From: an uncultured virus (IMG/VR IMGVR_UViG_3300032167_000064) | Taxonomy: Duplodnaviria > Heunggongvirae > Uroviricota > Caudoviricetes | DNA: 64,000 nucleotides | Reading direction: 5' to 3' (one strand) | IMG/VR virus record: IMGVR_UViG_3300032167_000064 | Span: 1 to 64,000 of that record | Shown here: one piece after another, positions 42,705-53,432 of the stretch | Layout: every line of letters starts with the position of its first letter | Numbering within the stretch: position 1 is the stretch's first letter | Notes under the pieces: model-generated | Told to the model about the DNA's origin: nothing | Databases searched by the model: none | Seen by the model: only the letters and a program-made list of their open reading frames with translations | Program-made: the position numbers and the translations under genes

Positions 42705-42763
42705 AATATTATACACCAAAAATCACTTCGTTATAATAAGATTGATTTAAAAGGAGAATTATA

Positions 42764-43624
42764 ATGGATAAAACAATAAAAGGGAAATTGGTATCTGAAG
42801 AATTAAGAAAAAAGATTAAAGAAGAAGTTGACTTTATAAAAGAATCAAACAAAGAAGATATTACTTTGGCAATTATTCAAGTTGGAGATGATCAAGCTTC
42901 TTCTACATATGTCAGAAATAAAACTAAAGCTTGTAATGAAGTCGGTATCAAATACTGTGATTATAAGATGGATAAATATATAGATTCGTCTGATATTATA
43001 AATCTCATTAAACAATTAAATGCTTCCGAAGACATAACAGGTATATTGGTACAATTGCCCCTACCTCGTCATATTGATGAAGCTAAAGTTTTACAAAGTA
43101 TAGATCCGCTAAAGGATGTAGATTGTTTCAATTATTCCAATATAGGAAGATTATATACAGGTAATCCTAGATTCTTACCTTGCACTCCTGCTGGAATTAT
43201 CGAATTATGTAAGTATTATAATATCGAACTTGCAGGAAAAGAATGTGTAATAATAGGTAGATCTAATATTGTAGGTAAACCATTAGCAGCGATGATGACT
43301 GCTCAAAATGCTACAGTTACATTAGCTCATTCTAAAACAGAAAATTTAGAAGAAGTATGTAAACGAGCTGATATTATTGTATCTGCAATTGGTTGTGCTA
43401 AGTTTATTAATAAAGATTATATTAAACCTGGAGCTGTAATTATAGATGTAGGTATCAATAGAGATCATAATAATAAACTCTGTGGAGATGTTGATTTTGA
43501 TGATGTTTATGATATTTGTGATTGTATAACTCCCGTACCTGGTGGAGTTGGTCCTATGACTATAACTATGCTTTTAAGAAATTGCATTAAAGCTTATAAT
43601 TATCAAATTAGTATTGAAGATTAG
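42764..43624 (+). CDS. folD: Methylene-THF dehydrogenase/cyclohydrolase
   Basis: GILVQLPLP, KDVD, PCTP, GRSNIVGKP, TPVPGGVGPMT. Confidence 0.95.
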   Translation: MDKTIKGKLVSEELRKKIKEEVDFIKESNKEDITLAIIQVGDDQASSTYVRNKTKACNEVGIKYCDYKMDKYIDSSDIINLIKQLNASEDITGILVQLPLPRHIDEAKVLQSIDPLKDVDCFNYSNIGRLYTGNPRFLPCTPAGIIELCKYYNIELAGKECVIIGRSNIVGKPLAAMMTAQNATVTLAHSKTENLEEVCKRADIIVSAIGCAKFINKDYIKPGAVIIDVGINRDHNNKLCGDVDFDDVYDICDCITPVPGGVGPMTITMLLRNCIKAYNYQISIED

Positions 43625-43633
43625 GAGTATAAT

Positions 43634-44611
43634 ATGTTTGCAAATACATTAATTTATGAAAACGATGGTCAAGTAAATATATCAGAGGGTATAAAATATA
43701 TAGATCAAACTATCACAAATTATCTATATGCTACCAAGATCAAATTATCACTTGCTATTATTTATATTATGGATGATAATGGGGAATATGAATATACTGT
43801 AAGGGAAATGAAAAAGATAATAGAATCTCATGGGATAAAAGTAGATTGTTTTAATTATGATACTGATACTAAAACAGATATTATTATTAATAAAATTGAA
43901 GAATGTAATAAATCATATACTGGTATCTATATCGTAAATCTTAGAAAGTCTGTATATGATATTAGATATTTTAGAAATCTTATTAATAAAGATAAATGTA
44001 TTGATGGTTATCATGAATCTAATATTGCAGATATGATATTCTATGATTATGATACTTATCATGACTATTTCTATCCACCTGATGTATTTTTGGTCAGAAA
44101 AATACTTGAAAATATGGATAGTGATAAAAAGATTAATGTTACTAGGGTTAGCAAGATATTAATTTTGGAAGATTTTAAAAAAGTTAATCCTAGTATGAAA
44201 ATATTAAGTACTATATTATCACATTCTGGTTTACCATCTATGTATTACCAGTACTCCTCTAATAATACCGCTTTAACAGAATATCTTAAAGAAGCTGATA
44301 TTATAATAGCAGATATTGATGCTGCAAGATATTTAAAATTTGATATGATACATGATCCAGAGTATCTAGTTGAAAGAGATAGAGTTGTTATAGATCTTGG
44401 ATGTAAAAGAGAAGGATGTAAAACTCATGGTAATCTTGATCTAAAGAGTATGAAAGAGAATAATACAATTTTATCAGAAAATGGTTGGACTCCTGTTAGA
44501 TTTGTAGAATCTAAAGATATGTATAATATTACTTTGATATCTGATTGTTTAATTAATAATTTGATTATTGCTTATCATAAACAAAATGAAGATACATATC
44601 CGTTGAAATAA
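43634..44611 (+). CDS. Divergent FolD-like paralog
   Basis: KCIDG, ADIII, VIDLG remnants; canonical motifs degraded. Confidence 0.55.
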   Translation: MFANTLIYENDGQVNISEGIKYIDQTITNYLYATKIKLSLAIIYIMDDNGEYEYTVREMKKIIESHGIKVDCFNYDTDTKTDIIINKIEECNKSYTGIYIVNLRKSVYDIRYFRNLINKDKCIDGYHESNIADMIFYDYDTYHDYFYPPDVFLVRKILENMDSDKKINVTRVSKILILEDFKKVNPSMKILSTILSHSGLPSMYYQYSSNNTALTEYLKEADIIIADIDAARYLKFDMIHDPEYLVERDRVVIDLGCKREGCKTHGNLDLKSMKENNTILSENGWTPVRFVESKDMYNITLISDCLINNLIIAYHKQNEDTYPLK

Positions 44612-44690
44612 TGAACTGCTTAGATAATATATTTTTTATAATTTATGACTATAAACACAAGTAATTAATATAAAACTCGGAGGTATTATT

Positions 44691-45818
44691 ATGCTTAAAA
44701 AGAAAGCAAACGAAAATGTGTTTAATGGCTATCCTTCTAAGTTGTTAAAACAAAGACCATTTTTCTCGATCATTATTCCATGTTATAATAGTGCTAAAAC
44801 TCTCGGAACATTGTTACAGTCTATTGTAGCTCAGAATATGAATGATGAAATTGAAGTTATTCTTGCAAATGATCATTCTCCCGAATCATATCAGAAGGTA
44901 GTTGATAAGTTTAAGGATACTTTATCCATTCGTCAGATTATGACTGACTATAATTTTGCTCCCGGAAATACGAGAGAAAAAGGTGTTAGTATTGCAGAAG
45001 GTGAATGGGTTACATTTGCTGATCATGACGATGAATATATTCCAGATACTTTTAAAGAAGTCAAACGAAGAATATTAGAATCAGGAGAAGATCAGTTTGT
45101 AGTTACAGATTTTTATGAAATGGATCCTGATACAAGAGAAATTATTAGAGAAATGAGAGGTTATCGTAATTGGATGCATGGTAAGTTCTATTCTCTTGAT
45201 AATTTCTGGAAGAAGTATGATATTCATTTTAAGAAAGATTTGTTAACTCATGAGGATATTTGTGTATCATCTCAGTGCAATTCAGCTGCACATTTAAGTG
45301 GTAAAGAACCATCATATTTCGAAATATTTACTTATTGCTGGATGAGTAGACCTACTACAATATCTAGAGAAAAATATGGTGATCATGGATTTTTGGAAGT
45401 ATTTTTCAAAGATTATATAGAATCTACTGGTTATACATATTTCAATTTCTATAAGAAACATAATATGCCTATAGAGTTTGGTTTTACATCAACTGTAGAG
45501 GTGTTGGTATATTGTTATATGTATATGCAGGGTATCAAGTTCCATCATCCTGATAACTGGATAAGAGAGAATGAAAATTATTGTAGAGAGTATTTGATAA
45601 TGATTAAAGAAGAATTTGGTGCTACTAATAAAGATATTTGGAATTATGTAGCAGCAGATGATGCAAGAGTCTTTATGGAAGTTCAGGAGCCTGCTCATAT
45701 GGGGGTTGGACCTTGGATTGAATCAGAAACTTTCTCTCAATGGTTGGATATGCTTCATAAAGATATTCCGGTAAGAACTACAATGTCAGAAGCAATGCGA
45801 AAAGAAAATATGAGATAA
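44691..45818 (+). CDS. GT2 glycosyltransferase
   Basis: FSIIIPCYN, NDHS, FADHDD, HED. Confidence 0.85.
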   Translation: MLKKKANENVFNGYPSKLLKQRPFFSIIIPCYNSAKTLGTLLQSIVAQNMNDEIEVILANDHSPESYQKVVDKFKDTLSIRQIMTDYNFAPGNTREKGVSIAEGEWVTFADHDDEYIPDTFKEVKRRILESGEDQFVVTDFYEMDPDTREIIREMRGYRNWMHGKFYSLDNFWKKYDIHFKKDLLTHEDICVSSQCNSAAHLSGKEPSYFEIFTYCWMSRPTTISREKYGDHGFLEVFFKDYIESTGYTYFNFYKKHNMPIEFGFTSTVEVLVYCYMYMQGIKFHHPDNWIRENENYCREYLIMIKEEFGATNKDIWNYVAADDARVFMEVQEPAHMGVGPWIESETFSQWLDMLHKDIPVRTTMSEAMRKENMR

Positions 45819-45824
45819 AATTAT

Positions 45825-45851
45825 CCCAGTAGACTGATAAAGTCTACTGGG
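45825..45851. terminator. Bidirectional terminator-like hairpin
   Basis: cccagtagac-tgataaa-gtctactggg between convergent genes; identical copy at 48302-48328. Confidence 0.75.
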
Positions 45852-45861
45852 GCATTTATTT

Positions 45862-46161
45862 TTAAATTAAATAAGTTGTACAAATACTAAATCCAGTGAT
45901 ATTTTCCATAAAGAAAACTTTTAATATACCGGATGTTTCTATTCCACAATAACCAACAACAAAACGATCAGCTACTTGTGCAATTGCGAGAAATTGTAGT
46001 CCATTTTTTGGACATATATCAGTAGATAATGTACATATTGTAGTCCATGTTTTTGCCTGTATATTAATATTACTAATAACTACAGCAATGGTAACTGCAT
46101 TTCTACATTTAAATGTTCTTATACCTGACATGGGAACAGAAATTTCTACAGCTAAATCATT
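45862..46161 (-). CDS. Start-less fibre-tip cassette C6
   Basis: Site at 46152-46162; NDLAVEISVP in frame with ORF 45862..46131. Confidence 0.75.
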   Translation of the reverse strand, partial: NDLAVEISVPMSGIRTFKCRNAVTIAVVISNINIQAKTWTTICTLSTDICPKNGLQFLAIAQVADRFVVGYCGIETSGILKVFFMENITGFSICTTYLI

Positions 46162-46183
46162 ATAAATATTAATAATGATTTAG
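46152..46183. repeat. 32-bp near-perfect palindrome (head-to-head cassette sites)
   Basis: CTAAATCATTATA-AATATT-AATAATGATTTAG. Confidence 0.9.
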
Positions 46184-46662
46184 TTGATTATAGTAATGGT
46201 ACTAAGATAGTAGGTAAAGCTACTAGTGCTACATCAGCATTATATTGTGGAAGTGCTGGAAGTGCTGGTAAAGCTACTTCTGCTACTAGTGCTAGATATG
46301 CTACTACAGCTACTAATGCTGGTACATCTAACTATGCTAAGAATGCTCCTACTTATCAAGGTGCTACTACTGCAGCTGCTGGTGTAAAAGGATTAGTACC
46401 TGCAGCTACTACTGCAACTAAAGATAACTTTTTAAGAGGTGATGGTACGTGGGCTACACCTAGTAAAGCTACTAGTGCAACATCAGCAACATATTCATCT
46501 ACTGCTAATTATGCTAAGAATGCTGGTACTGCTAGTTATTCTAGCAATGGTGCAAAAGCTAGTTCTGCTACATCTGCTACATATGCAGCTACTGCTAATT
46601 ATGCTAAGAAGAGTAATATTAGTATGAGTGTATCTGGTACTACTCTTACTATTACATTTTAA
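46171..46662 (+). CDS. Start-less tail-fibre cassette C7 (163 aa)
   Basis: Site at 46173-46183; KATSATSA repeats and GLVPAA...FLRGDGTW fibre repeat; missing from ORF track. Confidence 0.8.
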   Translation, partial: NNDLVDYSNGTKIVGKATSATSALYCGSAGSAGKATSATSARYATTATNAGTSNYAKNAPTYQGATTAAAGVKGLVPAATTATKDNFLRGDGTWATPSKATSATSATYSSTANYAKNAGTASYSSNGAKASSATSATYAATANYAKKSNISMSVSGTTLTITF

Positions 46663-46674
46663 AGAGGTGATAGT

Positions 46675-47061
46675 ATGAGTATAAAAGTTAATGGAACTGA
46701 AATACCGGTTTCTGGTACTATAAAAGCAAATAATACTAATATTACAAAAGTTGTTGCTAATGGAATTACAGTATGGAGCAAATCTACTCCAAAATCATAT
46801 TCTTTACATATTAGCGGAGAACCATTCTATACATCAGATTCGGTAACAATTTCTGGTATAGATACTTCTGTATATACAAAAGCTACGCTTAAAATTTGGG
46901 GAGATAATTTTGGTTGGGATACTAATGGATCTCATGTTATTTGGTTAAATACTTATTACACGGAAGAAGGTACTTTTAATGTTCCTGTAGGTAACGGTAC
47001 TTTAACACTTGTATTAGGACATGATAATGCTACTGTAGATTGTACTTTAACATTTTCTTAA
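46675..47061 (+). CDS. Fibre partner / receptor-binding subunit following C7
   Basis: SD gaggtg; KVVANGITVWS N-terminal motif shared with 54582..55205. Confidence 0.6.
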   Translation: MSIKVNGTEIPVSGTIKANNTNITKVVANGITVWSKSTPKSYSLHISGEPFYTSDSVTISGIDTSVYTKATLKIWGDNFGWDTNGSHVIWLNTYYTEEGTFNVPVGNGTLTLVLGHDNATVDCTLTFS

Positions 47062-47137
47062 GTTATGTGTTCGCTTTATAAAATCACAAAGTTCTCTAGG
47101 ATTTATCATCCTAGAGAACAATTTCTTTATAAATATT

Positions 47138-48289
47138 AATAATGATTTAGCTGGATATGGATCAGGTACTAAAGTAGCAGCTAAAGCAACATCTGCTACT
47201 AGTGCTACTTATAGTTCTACTGCTAACTATGCTAAGAATGCTGGTTCTGCATCTAAAGCTACTAGTGCTACATCAGCAACATATGCTACTACTGCTACTA
47301 ATGCTGGTTCTGCATCTAAAGCTACATCTGCTACTAGTGCTACTTATAGTAGTACTGCTAATTATGCTAAAGCTGTACCTAGTACTGTAGCTAGTAGAAT
47401 TAGTACATTAGAAACGTCTTTTCGGGATGGCTGTAATACAATAATGCAGGCAGTTACAGCCAAAGGACAAACTCCTGCATCAAATAGTCCTACTGATATT
47501 GCTACTGCTATTTCTGGTATTGGAGAGGGATTTTATAACGCAGAATTAGTATATAGAGCTACTAAATCTTCAAGTGCTTCCAAAGAACTAACTGTATCAG
47601 ATACTTATACTTTGAAAGAAAGCGGATATTATTTAGCATTTCTTGGAGGATTTAGTTCAACTCTTAACACAGCATATACGGTACCAAATACATCATCATT
47701 ATTATATAATTCAAGTGCATCATTTACATCGGATGGTAATACAATAGTATATGGTCAAGGTGCAGGTGGTGGTACAATTCATGATTATTCAAAATATGCT
47801 ATTTTTTCTGGAGTCAAAGATAAAACGATTTCTTTTAATAAGTATATTAAATCAGATTACTATAACGTCTGTGCTGCAACTGCATTTGGATTATTTAGAG
47901 TTGAACAGGGTACATCGTTACTGTATAAAACATATAAAACAGGAACTGCTAAAGAAAAAGTTACTATAAGTGCTAGCTACAATATTAGTACAGCTGGTAA
48001 ATATCTTGTAATAGCAGCAAGTCATGGTGCTGCTGTAAATGCAGGATATACAGATGCAATAACAGGTATCAAAACAACTATTAAATTCAATGATAATGTA
48101 GTAATTGATCTTCCTGTTAATGAAAAAATGAATGTGAATTCCGGAAATAATCAAGGTTCAATATCTTCTGATGTAGAATATGCTTTTGTAGAAGGAACAG
48201 GAACTGTTTATGTAGAAAGATATTATTGTACACATAATACTTATACTGCTTTTGCTTCACTTGAATTATTTATATTTAAAATTGGATAA
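47138..48289 (+). CDS. Start-less tail-fibre cassette C8
   Basis: Site at 47140-47150; NNDLAGYGSGTK + S/T/A repeats in frame with ORF 47444..48289. Confidence 0.8.
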   Translation, partial: NNDLAGYGSGTKVAAKATSATSATYSSTANYAKNAGSASKATSATSATYATTATNAGSASKATSATSATYSSTANYAKAVPSTVASRISTLETSFRDGCNTIMQAVTAKGQTPASNSPTDIATAISGIGEGFYNAELVYRATKSSSASKELTVSDTYTLKESGYYLAFLGGFSSTLNTAYTVPNTSSLLYNSSASFTSDGNTIVYGQGAGGGTIHDYSKYAIFSGVKDKTISFNKYIKSDYYNVCAATAFGLFRVEQGTSLLYKTYKTGTAKEKVTISASYNISTAGKYLVIAASHGAAVNAGYTDAITGIKTTIKFNDNVVIDLPVNEKMNVNSGNNQGSISSDVEYAFVEGTGTVYVERYYCTHNTYTAFASLELFIFKIG

Positions 48290-48301
48290 TTACACTTATT
48301 T

Positions 48302-48328
48302 CCCAGTAGACTGATAAAGTCTACTGGG
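48302..48328. terminator. Terminator-like hairpin after C8
   Basis: Identical to 45825-45851. Confidence 0.75.
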
Positions 48329-48355
48329 ATTATCTTTGTCTAATTAGAAAATTTC

Positions 48356-48375
48356 AATTATATATTATAATTATG
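48356..48375 (+). promoter_or_regulatory. Early-promoter-like motif
   Basis: Identical to 19288-19307. Confidence 0.6.
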
Positions 48376-48441
48376 AAAGTAATGGAAATATAAACTTAGA
48401 TACCACTTTCAGATTATCAATCAAGGAGGAAAAAATAAGGA

Positions 48442-49053
48442 ATGAAATTAACAAGTGTTGAAAGAACTATTTATGCTCTTTATGAGCTCGATGGATTAAG
48501 CTTCGCTCAAATTTCAAAAACTGTAGATTTATCTTCATCTGCAGTTAGAGAGAAATATAATAAGACTAAGCGTGTTGTAGAAGCTGAGAAAAATGATCCT
48601 ATAGCAAAATTAAATATCGATTATTCTACTTACATGAAATTATGTAAAGCTAGAAACCATAGTGAAAGAAATACAGAACTTGGTATAGATCTTTATACTA
48701 TTGAAGGTTTGATTGAAGCTGTTAATGATAGATTTGAGACTTATAATCATACTCTGTATTTTGACATTATATCACCTATTGTTATCAAGAACCTTATTGA
48801 AGCATTGGAAGAAGCAGGATATGAGTTAAAAGATAATCATCTTGATATTGGATTAAGCTTGACTTCTGATTTAATTTGTCTAAGATCCGAAAGATATATA
48901 GAGTTTGATATTATAGATACAAGTGGGATTTTCAAATGTGAATCAGACGGAACCAATGGTAAATTGTTTTTTGCCAAACAAACTAAGTATCCTAAGGATG
49001 AAATTCAGAAACAAATAATCCATCTTATGAAAGAAGAAGGATATATATTATAA
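48442..49053 (+). CDS. Sigma70 region-4-like HTH protein
   Basis: LTSVERTIYAL...LSFAQIS..VDLSSSAVR. Confidence 0.6.
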   Translation: MKLTSVERTIYALYELDGLSFAQISKTVDLSSSAVREKYNKTKRVVEAEKNDPIAKLNIDYSTYMKLCKARNHSERNTELGIDLYTIEGLIEAVNDRFETYNHTLYFDIISPIVIKNLIEALEEAGYELKDNHLDIGLSLTSDLICLRSERYIEFDIIDTSGIFKCESDGTNGKLFFAKQTKYPKDEIQKQIIHLMKEEGYIL

Positions 49054-49065
49054 GGAGGGACAAAT

Positions 49066-49659
49066 ATGAAACATTTTACAATTCATACATGTGATTTTTG
49101 TGGTTATCAAAGTAGTAATTATGATCACATGAGAAAGCACGAAGCAGAACATCTTGGTCTTACTGTTGAGGAAATGGAATCTTATAATTCTTTAAAATCG
49201 TTTGCTGCATATATGGGTTCTGTGATAGCAGAGAAAAATAACGATGAGACTAAAAAGAAGTTTGATGAAGCTGTTGAAAAGTTGGTTGCTTTTGAAAAAG
49301 AGCATGGTATTGAAAATGGTAAACGTATAGAACCAAATACAGACAGCGAGAATCCAAAATTTACATGGAGCGATAAAGAAGATCCTGAGTTATATCATAA
49401 CGGTAAAACTATTTTATGGGTATCTGGTAGAAGTGCTGCTATTCAGAAATTTGTTGAAGCATTGAGTTATAAAATCTGTAGTAAATGTGACTTTTCATAT
49501 ACTGCAGGAAGAGCACATATTGATGTATTTAAAGATGCTGTTTCCAAAGCTCTGGTAGCTATTAATGACGAGGAATTTATGAAACAGTTTATAGTTCCTT
49601 ACTCAAGAGAAGCATATGACAATGAAACATATTTTGAACCATTAAATATGGGACCATAG
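49066..49659 (+). CDS. C2H2-like Zn-finger hypothetical protein
   Basis: CDFC...HEAEH. Confidence 0.6.
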   Translation: MKHFTIHTCDFCGYQSSNYDHMRKHEAEHLGLTVEEMESYNSLKSFAAYMGSVIAEKNNDETKKKFDEAVEKLVAFEKEHGIENGKRIEPNTDSENPKFTWSDKEDPELYHNGKTILWVSGRSAAIQKFVEALSYKICSKCDFSYTAGRAHIDVFKDAVSKALVAINDEEFMKQFIVPYSREAYDNETYFEPLNMGP

Positions 49660-49671
49660 GAGGACAAAATT

Positions 49672-50037
49672 ATGGTAGGATATAGAATTTATTTTGATGG
49701 TGAAAAGTTCGCCATGGATGATCATAAATCTCAGGTAGGAAATACACTGGTAGATGGAGTAGTACATTGGAATGCTGGATATGATACGGCAATTCAAGCA
49801 GTAGAAAACCATAATAATCATCTCAAAAAGAATATTAAAGATCTAAAAGATGACAAAGATTTTGTAGTTAAAAATTGTAAGGATTGTGGCAATTTCTATA
49901 TAATCACAAAAATATATGCTGATTGGTTCCTGGAAAGAAAGTTAAAGGTGCCTTGTAGATGTGATTTATGTCGAATGAGACGCAAGTACAATAATAGAAA
50001 ATCTGAAGATGTACAGACAGGAAAGAGTGGTGTATAA
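49672..50037 (+). CDS. Zinc-ribbon protein
   Basis: CKDCG...WF...P.RC..CR. Confidence 0.65.
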   Translation: MVGYRIYFDGEKFAMDDHKSQVGNTLVDGVVHWNAGYDTAIQAVENHNNHLKKNIKDLKDDKDFVVKNCKDCGNFYIITKIYADWFLERKLKVPCRCDLCRMRRKYNNRKSEDVQTGKSGV

Positions 50038-50039
50038 AC

Positions 50040-50807
50040 ATGATGCTCAAAATAACAGAAAGATGTACAATGGGATGTACTCATTGTCTCAATAATGCTC
50101 AACCTGATGGAAAAGATATGACGGAGGCTGTCTTTATTGACAGCCTCAACTTTTTGAAGAATAACAATGTTGGTAAATTTTTGGTTTTAAGTGGAGGAGA
50201 ACCTACAGAACATAGAAATTTTGATAAAATGATGAATGTTCTTATTCAGTGGTGTCAACAAAATAGAGGATATATAATGTCTCTTACTATAACAACAAAT
50301 GGAGAAAATATACAGAATAATCCAGAACAGTATAGGACTTATATTGAAAAGCTGAAAGAAACAGGTACAGTTTTAACATATCAAGTATCTGCTGATGTAA
50401 GATATTATCCTCGTAGAATTCAAACACATAAACGGATTTTTAGAGAACCAGGATTTGTTTTATGCGATGATTGTGTTGAAGCTATTTATCCAAAAGGTAG
50501 AGCATTAGAAAATAATATTCCTTGGAACAGAATTAGTTCTCAGTGTTTTAATGTGAGAGCTTTGTCAAAGCAGGGTAATGATAGTTTGTCAGAAATTGAA
50601 TATATTTTAGGATCTAGAGGAAAGATATGTACTCCTCATATTGGAATTGATGGCAGTATTAAACTTGGTGAATCGGACCTTTGTCCTCCATGTACTTCCA
50701 TTTATGATGATTCTAATATAATTATGGAAAAGATTCGAAACTTTAAATGTTCTGGTTGCAATCATATTAATGATAATTTGCCTGAAGAATACAAGAAATT
50801 TTTATAA
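50040..50807 (+). CDS. Radical SAM protein
   Basis: CTMGCTHC, SGGEPT, TTNG. Confidence 0.85.
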   Translation: MMLKITERCTMGCTHCLNNAQPDGKDMTEAVFIDSLNFLKNNNVGKFLVLSGGEPTEHRNFDKMMNVLIQWCQQNRGYIMSLTITTNGENIQNNPEQYRTYIEKLKETGTVLTYQVSADVRYYPRRIQTHKRIFREPGFVLCDDCVEAIYPKGRALENNIPWNRISSQCFNVRALSKQGNDSLSEIEYILGSRGKICTPHIGIDGSIKLGESDLCPPCTSIYDDSNIIMEKIRNFKCSGCNHINDNLPEEYKKFL

Positions 50808-50853
50808 TAAAGATCCCCTAGTAGTGTTAAACTACTAGGGGTTTATTTTTTGT

Positions 50854-52662
50854 TTAACCATACTGAATAGCACTTGATTTTGTAATTACTGTTGTTGATA
50901 ATACTTTTGTTAAAGCATATAATGCTTGCATACTATCTGCACCAGGTTCTCTAAGAGGAGCTCCACCGAATGTAATAAAGTTCTGTTTACTATTCATAAA
51001 TGCATCTAACTCAGCGTTTGCTTCTCTTGTATATACACCTTTACATGTACACTGATCACCGTCATAGTCACCACCTATACCTGCAAGATAAGTATTACTA
51101 AATCTTAAAGTATCCACAAAAGTATTAGAAGTATTTTTTCCAATATCTTCTTCTCTAATTTTAGGATACCATTTATAAGTTACTCCATTATACTCAATAA
51201 CTTCCATCTCTTTAGTAGAAGAAACTTCTACCTTAGTAGCAAATTGGTTACTAAAATAATCTATTGGAAATCTGGTAATCAATATATGCTTATCTTTTAC
51301 AGCTTCTACACAAGCCATATAGAAAACATCACACCAAGTAAGTCTTCTCTGAGCAAGAGGATGACCATCATTTGGTCTATTGGCAGGATCTACTCCTCTT
51401 CCTTTAAACTGCATATAATATACTTCATCAGTTCCTTCTACAGGAATCTCTATAGGAACAAATCTGTTATTGTATCCATGTAAGAATCTATCCATTTCTT
51501 TTTTGATTCTTTCATCAGAGAAAACTATCTCAGGATTCTCAGGAACTATTACCTTAGTAGCACCAGATTTGGTAACTACAGGATAGGTATGAGATCCAAT
51601 AAACTCATTTTCAAAGAATTGTCTAGTATGGTACATAACAAAATCTCTGAACTGAGTAATAGCAGCATATAAAGGTACTGCTGATTTATCATAAGTAACC
51701 ATTAATTCTTCAGGTCTATCTGCAGACTTAAGATCAACCGGTGAAATAACTAATCTTGATGAGAAGTTAGCAGTCTTAGAAAGATTAGTTCTTCTCATGA
51801 TACCAAGTTTACCAGACATACCCTGTCCAGAATCTTTCTTATCAAGATTATTGTTACTATTACCACAGAACCAGTCATATATTGTCAAGATATATTCCTG
51901 AACTCTACCATTCATAGCATCAGAAGCATCAATTCCATATTCCTGAGTAGCAGTTAAAGCATTTGCAGATACGATAAGATTATTATAAATCTTATTAATA
52001 CCACCAAGTCCAACTACTTTACGAGAACTAGAAGCTGAGTTCTTATCTCTATAGAATGGAGGAATTACAATATATTTCTTGATAAACATATTATGTCTAT
52101 TCTGTTCAAGATACTTAAGAGATAAAGCTTTGGATTTAGAATTAGTCTTTCTGAATTGAACTTTATCAATATTCTTATGAAGCCAAGCTAATCCAGTATC
52201 TCCATTTTCTTCATCTTCTACAAAGTTTCCCTCGTCATCAATGATATAAAATTTGGTACCATGTACAATATTTCTTACCTTAGGATCTAATCTAATCCAA
52301 GTCTTATAACAAGATGGATCCAAGAACCATCCATGTAAATCAATATATCCAAAGGTACCCATTCTTTCTTCCATAGTAAATCCGAAAATCTCATTTGACA
52401 ATAATCCATCTTTACTAGGAATATTAGAACCACTAAAAGCTCTAGGATTAGATACACATTTGATATTATTCTTCTTGACATATAATTCAATATCAAGAAT
52501 ATCAAGTTTAAGTCTTTCTACGACTTTATCATACTGACCTTCTTCCATGTCTAATCCTTCAATAAACATATCAGCTTCATTCAAGAATTCGCTCATATCC
52601 ATATATAAATCAGAATACATTGCTAATTCTGAAAGTATAGCTTTTGTTGATAATTTAGCCAT
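50854..52662 (-). CDS. Multisubunit phage RNA polymerase beta' subunit (catalytic part)
   Basis: GLLSNEIFG, FGYIDL, VIPP.YR, GKLG.MR, SRLVI, TRFP, GGDYDGD. Confidence 0.9.
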   Translation of the reverse strand: MAKLSTKAILSELAMYSDLYMDMSEFLNEADMFIEGLDMEEGQYDKVVERLKLDILDIELYVKKNNIKCVSNPRAFSGSNIPSKDGLLSNEIFGFTMEERMGTFGYIDLHGWFLDPSCYKTWIRLDPKVRNIVHGTKFYIIDDEGNFVEDEENGDTGLAWLHKNIDKVQFRKTNSKSKALSLKYLEQNRHNMFIKKYIVIPPFYRDKNSASSSRKVVGLGGINKIYNNLIVSANALTATQEYGIDASDAMNGRVQEYILTIYDWFCGNSNNNLDKKDSGQGMSGKLGIMRRTNLSKTANFSSRLVISPVDLKSADRPEELMVTYDKSAVPLYAAITQFRDFVMYHTRQFFENEFIGSHTYPVVTKSGATKVIVPENPEIVFSDERIKKEMDRFLHGYNNRFVPIEIPVEGTDEVYYMQFKGRGVDPANRPNDGHPLAQRRLTWCDVFYMACVEAVKDKHILITRFPIDYFSNQFATKVEVSSTKEMEVIEYNGVTYKWYPKIREEDIGKNTSNTFVDTLRFSNTYLAGIGGDYDGDQCTCKGVYTREANAELDAFMNSKQNFITFGGAPLREPGADSMQALYALTKVLSTTVITKSSAIQYG

Positions 52663-52680
52663 GATTATTCTCCTTTTTGA

Positions 52681-53304
52681 TTAATAAGTTACATAAAGAC
52701 AACCTTCGTCACCATCACCTGTTGTAACAGAAACATCAAGAACTTTTTCCAATTCTTCACCAATACTATAAATAATACCGTGTAATTTAATTCTGATTTC
52801 CTGATTATCATTACAAATCTCAAAAATAACTTCTTTATGTCCATTTTTATATTCGTTTTCTTCAAAGATATGACAAACTAATTTATGAGCTTTTAATCTT
52901 TTAAGTTCTGCAACAACTTTAGGATCATTATTATATCTACGAACAATAATCATTAGCTGTTTTTTAATTTCAACAACATTTGTCTGTTTTCTATTTGCCC
53001 ATCTTTCTTCTGCTCTTTTTGTATTATATTCTGTAAGAATTTTAGCTACTTCACTTCTCATCTTTGATGCTTTTCTATCAACATATGGTAACATTTCTAT
53101 GATCTTTTTATTTTTATCATAGAAGTCTACACATTCTTTACATTTTTGCTCATCTTTTGTTTTTATAGCTTCTTTGTAAAGTTTCTTAAAAGCTGTCCAA
53201 GCTTTATATGGCTCGATAAGTTCTTTCTTAATTGATCCGTCAAACAAACCAGATTCGTAAATAGATTCTCTTTTTTGTTCTATAAGTTCATCTATATAAT
53301 TCAT
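52681..53304 (-). CDS. Hypothetical protein
   Basis: SD aaggaggt; directly upstream of the RNAP subunit. Confidence 0.65.
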   Translation of the reverse strand: MNYIDELIEQKRESIYESGLFDGSIKKELIEPYKAWTAFKKLYKEAIKTKDEQKCKECVDFYDKNKKIIEMLPYVDRKASKMRSEVAKILTEYNTKRAEERWANRKQTNVVEIKKQLMIIVRRYNNDPKVVAELKRLKAHKLVCHIFEENEYKNGHKEVIFEICNDNQEIRIKLHGIIYSIGEELEKVLDVSVTTGDGDEGCLYVTY

Positions 53305-53432
53305 TATCAAAACCTCCTTTATATTCAATTATAAGAATGTAGAAAGATTAGCCTTTTAAAAGAAAATAAAGATAATTCAATTTCTATCATCATTTTTACT
53401 TTATATTAATATAGTAAAAAGGAGACTTTTAT

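Noticed and set aside
46200..47400. Short repeats (gctactagtgctac...) as a CRISPR array
   Set aside because: Codon-phased, degenerate at third positions, no unique spacers; they encode KATSATSA repeats.
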